Shown here in pieces: positions 9,659-20,801 of a stretch of DNA of 34,679 nucleotides. The DNA is from Craspedostauros australis. Taxonomy: Eukaryota. The notes below the pieces were generated by a model. It had not been told where the DNA came from. It worked only from the letters and a program-made list of their open reading frames with translations, and did no database searches. The stretch spans positions 1 to 34,679 of the forward strand of contig JALAGF010005229.1 in NCBI GenBank assembly GCA_030167865.1. Direction: 5' to 3'. The translations under genes and the position numbers were made by a program. The first letter of the stretch is position 1; the number at the start of each line of letters is the position of its first letter.

Positions 9659-12600
9659 TTACACGAAGCCTGCCATGCCTCCAAGGTCTTCCTCCGGGGT
9701 GCGGGTGTCGCCCGCGGTGAGGCCTGCACCGCTCAATATGGTGTTGCTCACTTTCGGTTTCTTCGTGCCCGGGTCTTGGGAATCGCCCTTGATTTTCTTG
9801 TTCGTATCGTCAACCGGCGCCTTGGTTTTCTTGTCCATACCACCTTTGTTTTTCTTGTCGATGCCGCCCTTGATGCTCTTCGAATCGCTGGATGACGACG
9901 GCGCAGCCGATGGAATGCTGGACACCAGCTCTGCGATTGTCGGGGCCGAGGTTGGATTGGATGTCGGTCTTGATGTTGGGACTCGCGTGGGGACGGCCGT
10001 TGGGTTTGATGTTGGCTTTGCGGTCGGATTGGAAGTTGGCCCACTGGTTGGCGTGGAGGTTATCTTTTTCGGGCCAGTCGGAGCGCTTGTAGGCGCCGAT
10101 GTTGGGCTCGACGTCGGCCCACTTGTCGGTGCACTGGTTGGATTTGATGTCGGTCTTGATGTTGGGTTCGCGGTTGGATTTGATGTCGGCATGCTGGTAG
10201 GTCCAGAAGTGGACCCCGGTGGGTTGGTTGGAGCACTGGTCGGTGCCGATGTGGGTTCTGGCGCGACGAACACCGTCGGTGCGCTGGTAGGTGCCGAAGT
10301 TGGGTTTGAAGTCGGCGCGCTAGTCGGTGCTGACGTCGGGTTCGCGGTTGGATTTGATGTCGGCACGCTGGTAGGTCCAGAAGTGGACCCCGGTGGGTTG
10401 GTTGGAGCACTGGTCGGTGCCGATGTGGGTTCTGGCGCGACGAATACCGTCGGTGCGCTGGTAGGTGCTGAAGTTGGGTTTGAGGTCGGGTTTGACGTTG
10501 GTGCCGATGTCGGGTTCGCGGTTGGATTTGATGTCGGCGCGCTGGTCGGTGCGCTCGTCGGAGCCGAAGTCGGCATCGAGGTTGGTGCGGGAGCTCCTGT
10601 CGGTGCGCTGGTAGGTGCTGATGTTGGGTTCGCGGTTGGATTTGATGTCGGCGCGCTGGTCGGTGCGCTCGTCGGTGCCGATGTCGGGTTTGATGTTGGT
10701 GCCGACGTCGGATTTGATGTAGGGTTGGAGGTTGGATTCGATGTCGGATTCGATGTTGGCGCCGACGTTGGGTTTGGCACTGGCATTATGGTTGGCGCCG
10801 AAGTCGGATTTGATGTGGGGTTGGAGGTTGGATTCGATGTCGGTGCAGAGGTTGGTTCCATTGGCGTGACCATGCTTGGAACGGTGAACTCCAGCGCACC
10901 CACAAATGAACGGAAATTATTGAAGAATCCTATATCATCGCTGGAACGGCCATTGAACACATTGAACGGGCAGGCGCGGCAGTCGAAGTCGGAGCTTGGG
11001 ACGGCGATGTCAGTGCCAGTAGAGACGCCCGCGAGCTGCTGGGGAGCATCGATCCGAAATGAGACCCTACCATCGGCAGCGGTGAGTGCCAACGGGGTAC
11101 CGAACTGGATTGAGTCAGAGTACTCGTACGGGCCCTTGGGTTCGATGGATCCTGACGCCAGCGCTGTCCAAGAGGCAACGTCGAGAGGCGTGGACTGCCA
11201 TGAGTTGGGACTGTAGTAGATCGCGTAGTTCTCGTTGTTTCCGATGAATCCGAGGGTGATCCTGATGGCCGAAATGGTGACGTCTGAGGTAATGTCAACA
11301 TTGAACCGGAAGGTCGTGATGACAGTCGAGAGGATAACAAGCGGGGGGTTGATGTTGGACCAGTACTCGAGACCATTTGGGGCTGGCGCCGGGGTGGGCG
11401 CGGTAGTGATGGAGGATGGGTTGATGGAGTCGACGACCGACACTTGGGCACAGATTTTGTCAGGATTGAATGAGTCGATGTCATTGACGACGACTGTGAC
11501 ACCCGTGAGACCACCGGTAGTGATGGTGTACGACTCGCCTCTGCCCAGTTTTGCAACCAGCTCGGAAGCTATGGGCGATGTCGATACCGGCACCTGCGTC
11601 ACCGCCACCTTGTTGATGGCCTCAAAGGTTTGCTTGTTGAATCCGGCGGCTCTGTTGAACGCGACGAAGTAGTCAAACGCCCCGTTGGGATCATCGATCT
11701 TGATCAGAACTTCGTAACTGGTGTCAGCTGGGTCGTAATCAACCACGCCACATAGTCTTCCATCGAAGCTTGGTGATCCTCCAGTCAGCTCAGTGCTCTG
11801 GCTGCTGTACCAACCGAGCTCCCAACTTTTCGCACCTGCACAGCCGCACCGTCAACATGTGAATTGTTAGCGGTATGTGCACGCACATGGGTCGCATGCA
11901 ATCAAAGTAACAGAAATAAGAAGGAGCGATTCGGAGTGAGAGGACATGCGTGTGCTTGCAGGGTCATGGAACAGGATGGCAGAGGCGAACAGGCTGCATG
12001 GCTTAGATGGAAGACCTGTTATGGATACCAATGTATTGGTAACCCTTTCGTCAACCAAGAATCACGAAGCATCACCAAGAACGCACCGTTGAAACCCTTT
12101 ACTTCGGCACTCGAGATTCTGCCGTTGGCATCAGGAAGGCCAAACCCGTTGGACAGCCCCATGATGGCGCTGTTGATGCATAAATGTGTAAATGAACGTG
12201 TTTCGAATTTGCCAAATGTAGTATCATAGCATCGCACGAGTATAAGAGAATGGAAAGAGAGGTGTGAGCTTGAGCATGAAGTTGTTGGCAGATGCGGTGA
12301 GAGTGTCCAAATATGGCAACGTCTTTGGGCAGACGTGTCACACGCAGACACGCCATTTGTTGAGAATCGTCCGGTCTGGAAAGGCGTGTACTTACGAGTG
12401 GTCGCCGTATTCCCCTCCTTCATTCGAATGGCTGTTGGTCGTGTCGTGTCGGAAAGTCAGCGAAGTGTAATGCAGTGAATTCAGATAGCGCGACGACACA
12501 CCAACGGAAGGATGATGCGGGCATGCAAGCGAAAACAAAGAACGGAAGAAGACTTGGAGGTGAGGTGTGATGTACATTGAGTATGATGAAGGCATGGTTG

Positions 12601-14306
12601 TCGCGGTGCATGGCAATCGTATCAAGGCCAGTGCCAAAGGCTAGTATGGTGGGAGCTGCTGCATGGTGCCAGCCAATTGCTTCCCTCCGCGCATCGCCTG
12701 GTTGACAGTAGAGTGCTGCTACTTACCGCAGGCATAAGTTGTGACCAATCTCGTGCAGAATCGTCATCATGTGAAAGGCCGCGTGGTCCACATTATTTGC
12801 GAACCCGTTGTACTGAGAGAAAGTCTGTCCGATCGATGCAAAGGCTGAAATGTGTTGTGGACACGGCGTGTTCATGTTTGCACCGGCCGCGCATGTTGGG
12901 TGGAAGTCAGAAGAGGACGCATCGTCGTTGTTAGTGGTGTTGGTGTGGTTGTAATCGATGATGGACATGGCAAGATGAACAGAGTACAGTTTTGTTGGTA
13001 TCGTACCATGACAATGTGGTAACGAAGCAATGAGGGCAGGCAGCACTTGGAACGCCAGCATGCGAGCATCTGTGGAGAGAGTGTTGCAGCTGCTCCGCAG
13101 TACACGTTGATGCCACACCGGCATTGGTGCAACGGCGTACATGAAACTTACCATACCAATCAAGGCTGGCGTCGGTAGAGCTCCGACGGACACCGTACGG
13201 CATGATGTAGAGGAAGTGCTCGTAGTCGTTGAAGATGTTGATGGTGTTCTGAAGGTAGTCTTCGATAGTTGTGCGCACTTCGTTGGCGTTGGTGGAGGCT
13301 GAGTTCAGGTTGACGGAAACATCCAGGATGCCGTCGGGAGCGGAAACGCCGGACGGGGCCGGGGAAGAGAAGGAGATCTGGCTGAACGAAATAGCTTGGT
13401 ATTGCTGGGTGAAGGGGACGAATTGGTTGATGACGTTGTTGAGGATGTCCGCTCGGCTGACGCTCAGTGCGCCGCTATTCAGCACCGGGCGGATGATGAG
13501 ATATCGTTTGTTCCCGGTGGGCGTGATGCCGTTGAGGCGGCGTTGGGCGGCAGCATCATTGGTCCCGGACTGTGATTCTTCGGCAAGCATCCGGCTGCCA
13601 GTCGACTGCGAGCTGATGGTCATGTCATCGATGGTGGTGCCCGCAGGCAGTTCGAGCTTGAGCTCGTGGGGGTTGATGACAGCACCATCCGCGAAGAGCG
13701 TGAATTGATTGGCCCTGGTGGTGAAGGCGTTGGCCTGCTCCATCCACTGGGCTGTCATGCCAGCCACATCCAAGCTGATGGGGCCGAACTTGCGAGCGTC
13801 AGGTCCCTGCAGGGTGCATGAGAAGTCTCGTGTGTCCGAACCTCCGACGTAACTGGTGAAGACCTCCGTGATGAGGCATGGCGTTTGAAGCACATCAGGA
13901 GCTGTGGCCGATGTACGGCGAACAAATCCACTGTGGATCTGGTGATCCTGCGACAGAATAGAGTGGAGTGGTGTCGATTGGCAGGCAGGGCATGATGTTA
14001 CAACAACTGTGAGAGTTGAGAGGACGAGGACGGCAATGACGGCAATGACGATGGCGACGAAAGAAGCGGTTTGGTGGAAAGTATGCTCGTATGTACGGAA
14101 TGGTATGGAATGGAACCATCAATCATCCGATGGCAAGCTGAGACAAGCAACAGCATCGGCATCATTCATGGTCAAGGATGACTCTTCCTCCTGCCCGACC
14201 ATGCTTTGTTTTGGTACACACTCACAGTTGTGGATGTGGCGGTGCCTCCAATGCAGACGATTGCTGCGCTGAAGAGGCCCGCGATGGCATGGGCATTGAA
14301 CATCAT
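9659..14306 (-). CDS. Secreted peptidase M11 (gametolysin-like) metzincin with PTS[A/N]PT mucin-like stalk, 6 exons, about 1096 aa
   Basis: Exons 14306-14226, 13947-13152, 12844-12727, 12431-12396, 12169-12087, 11835-9659. All introns are GT..AG and phases are consistent (3291 nt). Spliced product: signal peptide MMFNAHAIAGLFSAAIVCIGG, RRL propeptide end, DWYAFA, HEIGHNLCLRHS.EG.EYGD.SAIMG (Met-turn), FNGAKSWELGWY, YFVAFNRAAGFN. Confidence 0.9.
9935..10858 (-). repeat. Coding tetrapeptide tandem repeat (PTS[A/N/G])n with a 174-bp higher-order duplication
   Basis: 12-bp period. The block encoding TVFVAPEPTSAPTSAPTNPPGSTSGPTS occurs twice; gtaggtccagaagtggacc is at 10197 and 10371. Confidence 0.95.
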
Positions 14307-15209
14307 GGCTGGGATCAGATGGTCTGTATGCAACGATGTGGGATGGTGTTTGTTACGAAGTGATTAAGGACAGCAACTTGATGACTCCTTGGTTCAACAG
14401 ACGAAAGACTGGAGGTTGTGCAAGGTGACTTTTTGTGAGCTGTCGACATCGGCATGAAGAGGAGCCAACGCAACAGCTACAGCCAACACAGGAGTGCCAC
14501 AGCATGCGATTGTATCGTTGTATCGCCGTATCGTTCGCCACAGCGGAGCAACCAAAGCGCGAAGGAGCACCAAGGCAACAAGGGAGACGTTTCATGGATG
14601 TTTGCGTCGCTCGTATCGTTTGTATCGTTTGTATCGTTTGCATTGGTCGGACCGCAAGCAGGAACCGGTGGAGAAAAGATGGGAGGATCTGTTGCCAAAT
14701 TTTTGTGGATGGTTTGAATTGCATGCAGGTGTGTCACACACATGTAATCATTGATAACGGAGGCCATATATGCCAAGGGTGGACCTCTCGGCACTTAATC
14801 ATTCCGGTGACTGGGAGATTGTGTCATCGTCGCCAAAGCTTTCATTCGGAATAAATGCCATCTTCATACTTGCGTGTGCCTTGCACGATGTTGCCAGACG
14901 CGCCTGTTGTTTCAAGAGCGTAAAGCACGGTACTGTGGTAGCCATCGCGCGACAACACAACAGCCCAACGGAACCACAACCGTTCGGTATTGGCGCACGT
15001 GCACACGGATAGATCGGCGCGGACAACAAACGTCTCTCTTCCCGATCGGACGAACAAAAATCAACGCACGAATGGTCGCAACAGAAGCGCTGAGGCGTCA
15101 CAACTTGTATCAATCTGTCGCTGCCTGGAGGAGGAGTCCTTGCCAACGGATGATGTGATGGCGATTCTGCTTGTTCTCCGATCTGTGCAATGACACGAGT
15201 GTTGCGTCC

Positions 15210-15254
15210 ATGTTCATGTTCACGTTCATGTTCATGTTCATGTTCATGTTCATG
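15210..15254. repeat. (ATGTTC)n hexanucleotide microsatellite
   Basis: About 7 near-perfect tandem copies, one of them acgttc. Confidence 0.9.
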
Positions 15255-16033
15255 TGCGACTTATCATCTACTATTGTAGTCGGCACGGACGTGCTCGTAC
15301 AAAGATCCGAGAGAGATGGATGCGATGGTGCCAAAGCACACGAGAGCGTTGTTGTGCGCTGCGAGCGAGTTCGGTTTCCGTTTCGATTGTCGACGCGTCT
15401 CCAAGTTTTTGCCGCCATCGGCATTCGGAGTTTTTATGTCGCAGACACCTTGTGGGTCTTTGTCACATGAACATCGGCACAGCTTCGATGTCATTTTTTG
15501 CGAACAGACCCACCACCGTCTTGATCACGAGTGCGGGCGCGAGTCCAAGCGCAACAGCGCAACTGCTATCCCATGGTACAAGCGAGATAGCGTGGAGTGG
15601 TGAAGAGGAGAGTCGAGCAGATGATGCTCCATTCGCCACATTTGCACCAGTCAACAGGATGAGGATGAAACGCAGCAACCTGAAGTGCATAATCGTAGAA
15701 AGGAGTCATTGTTGTGATTCCACAACATGATGGGGTACAGTAGTTGTTATTGCAATTGCACGTGCAGTACGACTACACGTACTACGGCTATGACAGTATC
15801 GGTACTCTGTGTTCATAGGATGAGCACGATCTACATGCATGTCATTGGCAACCCCGGATAAGCATCTCATTATTGGATGACACCTGTGATGCCGACAACC
15901 CTTGATGCACGAACCACTTCCACATGAATCCACCCTTCACTGCTGAATCTTGGAATGGCGAGGACACGATGGGGAAGAGGATGCGTTCATCAGGACCACG
16001 TCCTGCGACGACTAAAATTGCGGCGTCCGCACT

Positions 16034-18184
16034 TCAAGCACACTCGTGGTTGACGTTGTGAGGGTGCAGATGAATCCATACGTACATGCCGATCAGTTCA
16101 CCCTCCACGATTGGGAGCTGCTCGCTCTTCATGCGATCCAGTCGTTTGCTCGTGACAGCGATGGTCTTGCGGCTCGTTTCGTCCTTCACTATGGCCATGT
16201 TGGGCCAGATGAGAACGGGGTGCTCTGCGGGAGAGGCGAGGGTCCAGTCCAGTTCCGGGAAACCCGTCCCGCCGCCCTTCTCCGGTGCCTGCAAACAAAC
16301 GAACATCGTGAGGAGTTTGGGTCCGCCATGATGCCATTCATCGTGTACGGAGTAGTCCAGATGTGGAGAATACCGCGGCAGGTTCACGATGTCAGCCTGC
16401 GACGCGTCGCGCCGGTATCGAACGAACTCAAATGCAGACACCATGTCGGACGTGTGGAGATCCAGAGCCTGCGAAATCTTGCGTCGGATCCTCGATGTCC
16501 TTGGGAACAGGTTGCTGCAGGTGGTGTGACGCTTCCGGCAGTCCAAAACCTGGCCTGATGCGACAATCGGCGTCGCGCCGCCGCCGCTGTTGCCGCCCTT
16601 CTTGTTCGATCCTGACCGGAACGGGGTGATGCGGGATGCCATCACTTCCGTCGCATTCTCCCACGGAATGATCTGATCCTCCACCTGCATGAGTCCCAGT
16701 ATGCCCTTGAGAGTGATGGAATCGATGATCGGGTTCAACGACGACATCGCCACGACCCATTCGTCCTGGTACGGTTCTCCTGCTTTGGAACCCACCAGGA
16801 CTTCGGTATCCTGCCGCGCCGTCAGATGTGTGTAGAACGACGGGATCAGCTGTAGCTGCTTCTGCTCAGAAAGCTCGTACTGTTCCTTGGGGTTGGGCGT
16901 GCGGTGGCAACGACGGTACAGGTCGATTTGATCGCAAGCGCGGCACGCCAGCGAACAGTGCTGCAGGAAGTAGTTGAGATTCTTCCTATCCAGCAAGCCT
17001 TCTTCGCTGCCCTTGGCTTCGTAGCAGCTCCCGCCACTCTGCATGATCCAGTTCATGCAGTCATGATCCCTGTTGTTGCATACCCGCTTGGCACCCAGCA
17101 ACTCCATCGGCAACTCGCGTGAATACCGCTCCATGTCGCGGATGCCATCCCGCACATCCTCCTCCAGCTGCTTGGCGTCCGCATGCGGTACATCCGCGCC
17201 GCTCGCACTCGCCGCATCCTTCGCCAGCGGTATCATCTGCCACATTCCGAACTCCGTCTGACTGTACCGCTGTTTGCGCTGCTCCAGCTCCAGTCGCGAC
17301 TCCATAGCTGTCGGTGCAGTGGTGGGCACCAATTCGCTGGGCGGTTGCTGTCGTTGCTGTGACGAGAATGGGAGAGCGCCGGGTGCGTCATAGTCGTAGC
17401 ATTGCCAGCAGCTCATGGGGCATGCGTGCATCATGTAACCGGGGTTTGCCAAGCATTCGATGGATGCACCCCATTGTGGACACTTGGGATTCAGATCTTT
17501 GCATGGTTCTGTCGGTGCCGCGATGCATTCGCCGCAGCTTTTGCGACAGTTGGAGAACATCTAATGAGAGGGAGGGAGGGAGGGAGAGAGAAAGAGAGTA
17601 GAGTATTAGTATGTAGACAAGCCAAGAGGAGGAGAGAGCATGTATCGGTATGGTGCAGTGGTGGATGATGATCGCAATGAAATCTCAATTGCGATGACGA
17701 TGGAGGAGGGCGATGGAAGCGAATGGATGACTGAGTAGACGAACACATGACAAAGTTGCGATGCCCTCTCTCCAGAGAGTAGTATGGCACAGGTGCCAAC
17801 CGCCTTCCTCGTACTGTATCAAGAGCATTGGTAGCGTGGACACAACATGCCACGAAAGGAAAGACTCACCCAGGTCGGATTGACATGACATTCGCCTCTC
17901 ATGGCGAATTCTTTACACTTCGTATCGCCGTATTCGTTGACGCACTTCTCGTCATCATCATCATCATCATCGCGGCCGCCGCTGGTGCTGGTGCTCCCAT
18001 CGGGGTTGACTGTAACGCTGGAGGTGGACGATGAAGCCGTCGCTCCTGGAATCACCAGCTGTAGCAACAACAGCAGTAGCAGTACAGCCACCAGTGCGGG
18101 TATCGCCGTTGATGAATGCACCCTGGCAAAGCTTCGCCTTCTCTTCTTCGTTGTTGTCATCATCATCGCCACGGTCGTGGTCAT
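16034..18184 (-). CDS. Triple-ShKT-domain prolyl 4-hydroxylase-like (Fe/2OG dioxygenase fold) protein, 2 exons, about 613 aa; probable pseudoenzyme
   Basis: Exons 18184-17870 and 17560-16034. The 309-bp phase-0 intron GTGAGT..TAG joins GECHVNPTW|MFSNCRKSCGEC into a complete ShKT. N-terminal hydrophobic segment; P4H motifs FEFVRY, YSPHLD, LLTMFVCL...GGGTGFPEL, VLIWPN, VWIH. The start ATG is uncertain. Confidence 0.88.
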
Positions 18185-20168
18185 GCGTGGATTGGTGGAT
18201 GGGTACGAGCTATTGGATGGACTCGTTCACACGGATGGTTGCTGTGGCTGTGTCTGCGATTTCAACCAGGACAGAGGCGAGTGGAGCAGAACAGAGCAGA
18301 GTAATACGATGATTGTCACAATGCGAGATCCACCTTCCTCTCTTGCTGTGTTCGACATCTGATCGAGGATGGCTGTACCCCTGGAGAAGACCGCCGTCGT
18401 TGTCTCTGCCATCGTCGATCCTTCGTTCCTGGACACGCCGCGTGTGCGAAGGAGAAAGAATGACCCAAACGGCGAAGTTTGTGACGAAAGAGAATCCATT
18501 CGATTAAGCCGACCGTATTGTGCACATTGTATCGAGCACATTAATGGTCTGTCCGTTGTACGCACAAGCACAAAGAAATTAGGCGGCAGAATATTAGTAC
18601 GGTACTGTGCTCCGTTCTGGTTTTCCCACGATACAGAAGGACACGCTACATCCGACACACACAACCAAAAGCGAATGTCCAGCAACCAAGCAAAGACACA
18701 AGCGACGAACTTGTGGGACAACACTTCCAAACTGACAACAACACACATCACCAACATGATGGGGTGCTCGTCGTAACTCACTCGAGTTGTTTCCGGTGTT
18801 CTGGGCTCACATGATGTGATGCCCCGACACAAGAGGAGAGCAACCCGCCCAACAGAAACACGAAGCACAAACTAATCGTGGGGTCGTAGCAGAAAGCCTC
18901 TTTTGTAGGATTCTTATCCGTAACTCGTACGTCAGATCTGGTTGGAGTTCAGATGCTTCCCATCCGGACGTCATTCAAAAGTGCACTTGTTCCGAGGCAT
19001 CATGTTGTACCCGACCAAGGCATGCAAAGATACTTTGGGCTGGCATTTTGGCACAACCGTCTTCGATTCTGCTCCTCTGTCCTCTATTTGTGTGTTGCGA
19101 GTTGAGGCCCGTTGGTATGGTGCGCCTCTCTCTCTCTGGTGAGCGTAGCTGCTTCGACCCTTCCTGTGTGAGTATGGTACGTACGTACGGTACCATACCA
19201 TACGCAGCCGTCGCTGCCCTCTTGTGCCTCCTCAGCTATGCTTGTGCCACCATACTTGCTCGTGCTCGTATTTGGCCATGGTGGTCAGCGAGCGACTCAA
19301 TTTGGAACCGCGTCCTGCGGCATCTGGTACGCGCCCAAGCAGGTATCAAAGCCAAACGCAATCGACCTACCAGCCCACAGTAGAACTGAGTCATCCTCGC
19401 GTGACCTCGCAAAATATTTGTTTGCGGCCAACACACATACATCAACATCCACCCATGTGTTGTCGACCGGATCCGCCAGTCTATCACAGTTCCCGAAACA
19501 CATGCACCCTCAGCAAAGCCAAACCACCACTCCCACTGTCGCCACCACAGTCATCATCTCCATGTAAGTGTGTTGTGTGCCGTCCAAGCCATGACCAAAG
19601 TAGTGGGCAGATGCCGCCGTCTCCAGCGTGGAGGAGAGCATGCCGTTTGCACCGACTTCTTGCTGTGGTTTTCGACGTCCGGCGCGAACGAGTGGAGTGA
19701 ATCGATGGGCCGTTGCCAAATGCGTTGCGCAAGCATGCTCATCAACTTCGCCCATCCGAAGGTTGACTTGTTGGCACAACATGCCAGCGCCACTGTGGGG
19801 CGTTGCTCTTTTGCCCCTTCGTGGTCCAGCGGGCGATTGTTTGGTTTGGTGGGCCATCTGATCGGCAAGGCGACTGCGTTTTGTCCTGTCCCTGCGAGTC
19901 ATTTTCTCCGCGACATCAAAAGCCTGATTTGCAGTCTTGGTGTGACTACCGAACACGAGTTTTGTGGAATTGGAGTCTCCAACCTCACCATGATGAATCC
20001 ACAACTCCAACCACCGTTGTGACCAACCACAACACTCTATGCCTGCACCCAATGATGCGGTGCACAAATGCATGTCTCTGCAGCATAAAGCAGAAACAGC
20101 GTCCGTTTGAGTGAATTGGCAGCAGGTCGAATACAACAAATAAAATCCGCGACATCCTCACCGTTGCG

Positions 20169-20801
20169 ATGAAGTCTGATCCAAATCAACCAAATCAACA
20201 AGACACCTTGCGACACTTCCCTCAGGTGGAAGGCCAAGGGCAGGATGAGCACCAAGATCAAGACTTTCGGCAAGAGCATCACTCTCGCCAACGATCGCAA
20301 CAGCTGCGGCAGCAGCGCGGACATCGTACCATTGACTCTGATCCACCGTCTCTGTCTCCGTCTCCGCCCTTGACAGACCCAAGATCAACGCATCGCCATG
20401 AGGCCACGCTCTCTTATGGCAATTCTTCGTCTTGGACTGGGATTCAATTAGCGTCGCCTGCAGCTGAGCTCTTGCCACCGTCGTCGGACGTTACGCTCCT
20501 TGCAGCGTTATGTATCTCGCCGCTCGGACTACCATCCTCCAATCCGCCTCTCTCTTCAACTTCGTCTGCCAACGGCATGCGCACACGGCTTGGCATGGAT
20601 TCAGAAGGCAGATTCTTGTCATCTGCATTCCCCAATGGTGAATGCACCAACGATGCTGGGAATAACCAGCCGGGCTGCTCTCTGCTGATGAATCGCATCG
20701 ATCTCTTGCTCATCGTGGATCAAGTTCTCAGCGTGCTGCAAGATCACTTATCGCATGAGGAGACCTCGGTTGTTGAGACCGATGACCTCGAAGATGATTG
20801 A
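20169..20801 (+). CDS. Hypothetical 210-aa low-complexity protein (Q/H-rich N-terminus, S/P-rich middle, C-terminal amphipathic helix and acidic tail)
   Basis: True ATG after an A/C-rich leader. Composition resembles a disordered protein, ending LLLIVDQVLSVLQDHL...DDLEDD. No domain recognised. Confidence 0.45.
   Translation: MKSDPNQPNQQDTLRHFPQVEGQGQDEHQDQDFRQEHHSRQRSQQLRQQRGHRTIDSDPPSLSPSPPLTDPRSTHRHEATLSYGNSSSWTGIQLASPAAELLPPSSDVTLLAALCISPLGLPSSNPPLSSTSSANGMRTRLGMDSEGRFLSSAFPNGECTNDAGNNQPGCSLLMNRIDLLLIVDQVLSVLQDHLSHEETSVVETDDLEDD

Noticed and set aside
9675..11216. 513-aa VGAxVGFD-repeat ORF (elastin-like look)
   Set aside because: Antisense translation of the PTSAPT stalk of the M11 gene.
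18200..20140. Many overlapping 60-213 aa ORFs
   Set aside because: No motifs, mostly alternative starts, random Cys/Arg-rich composition; treated as divergent promoter/intergenic DNA.
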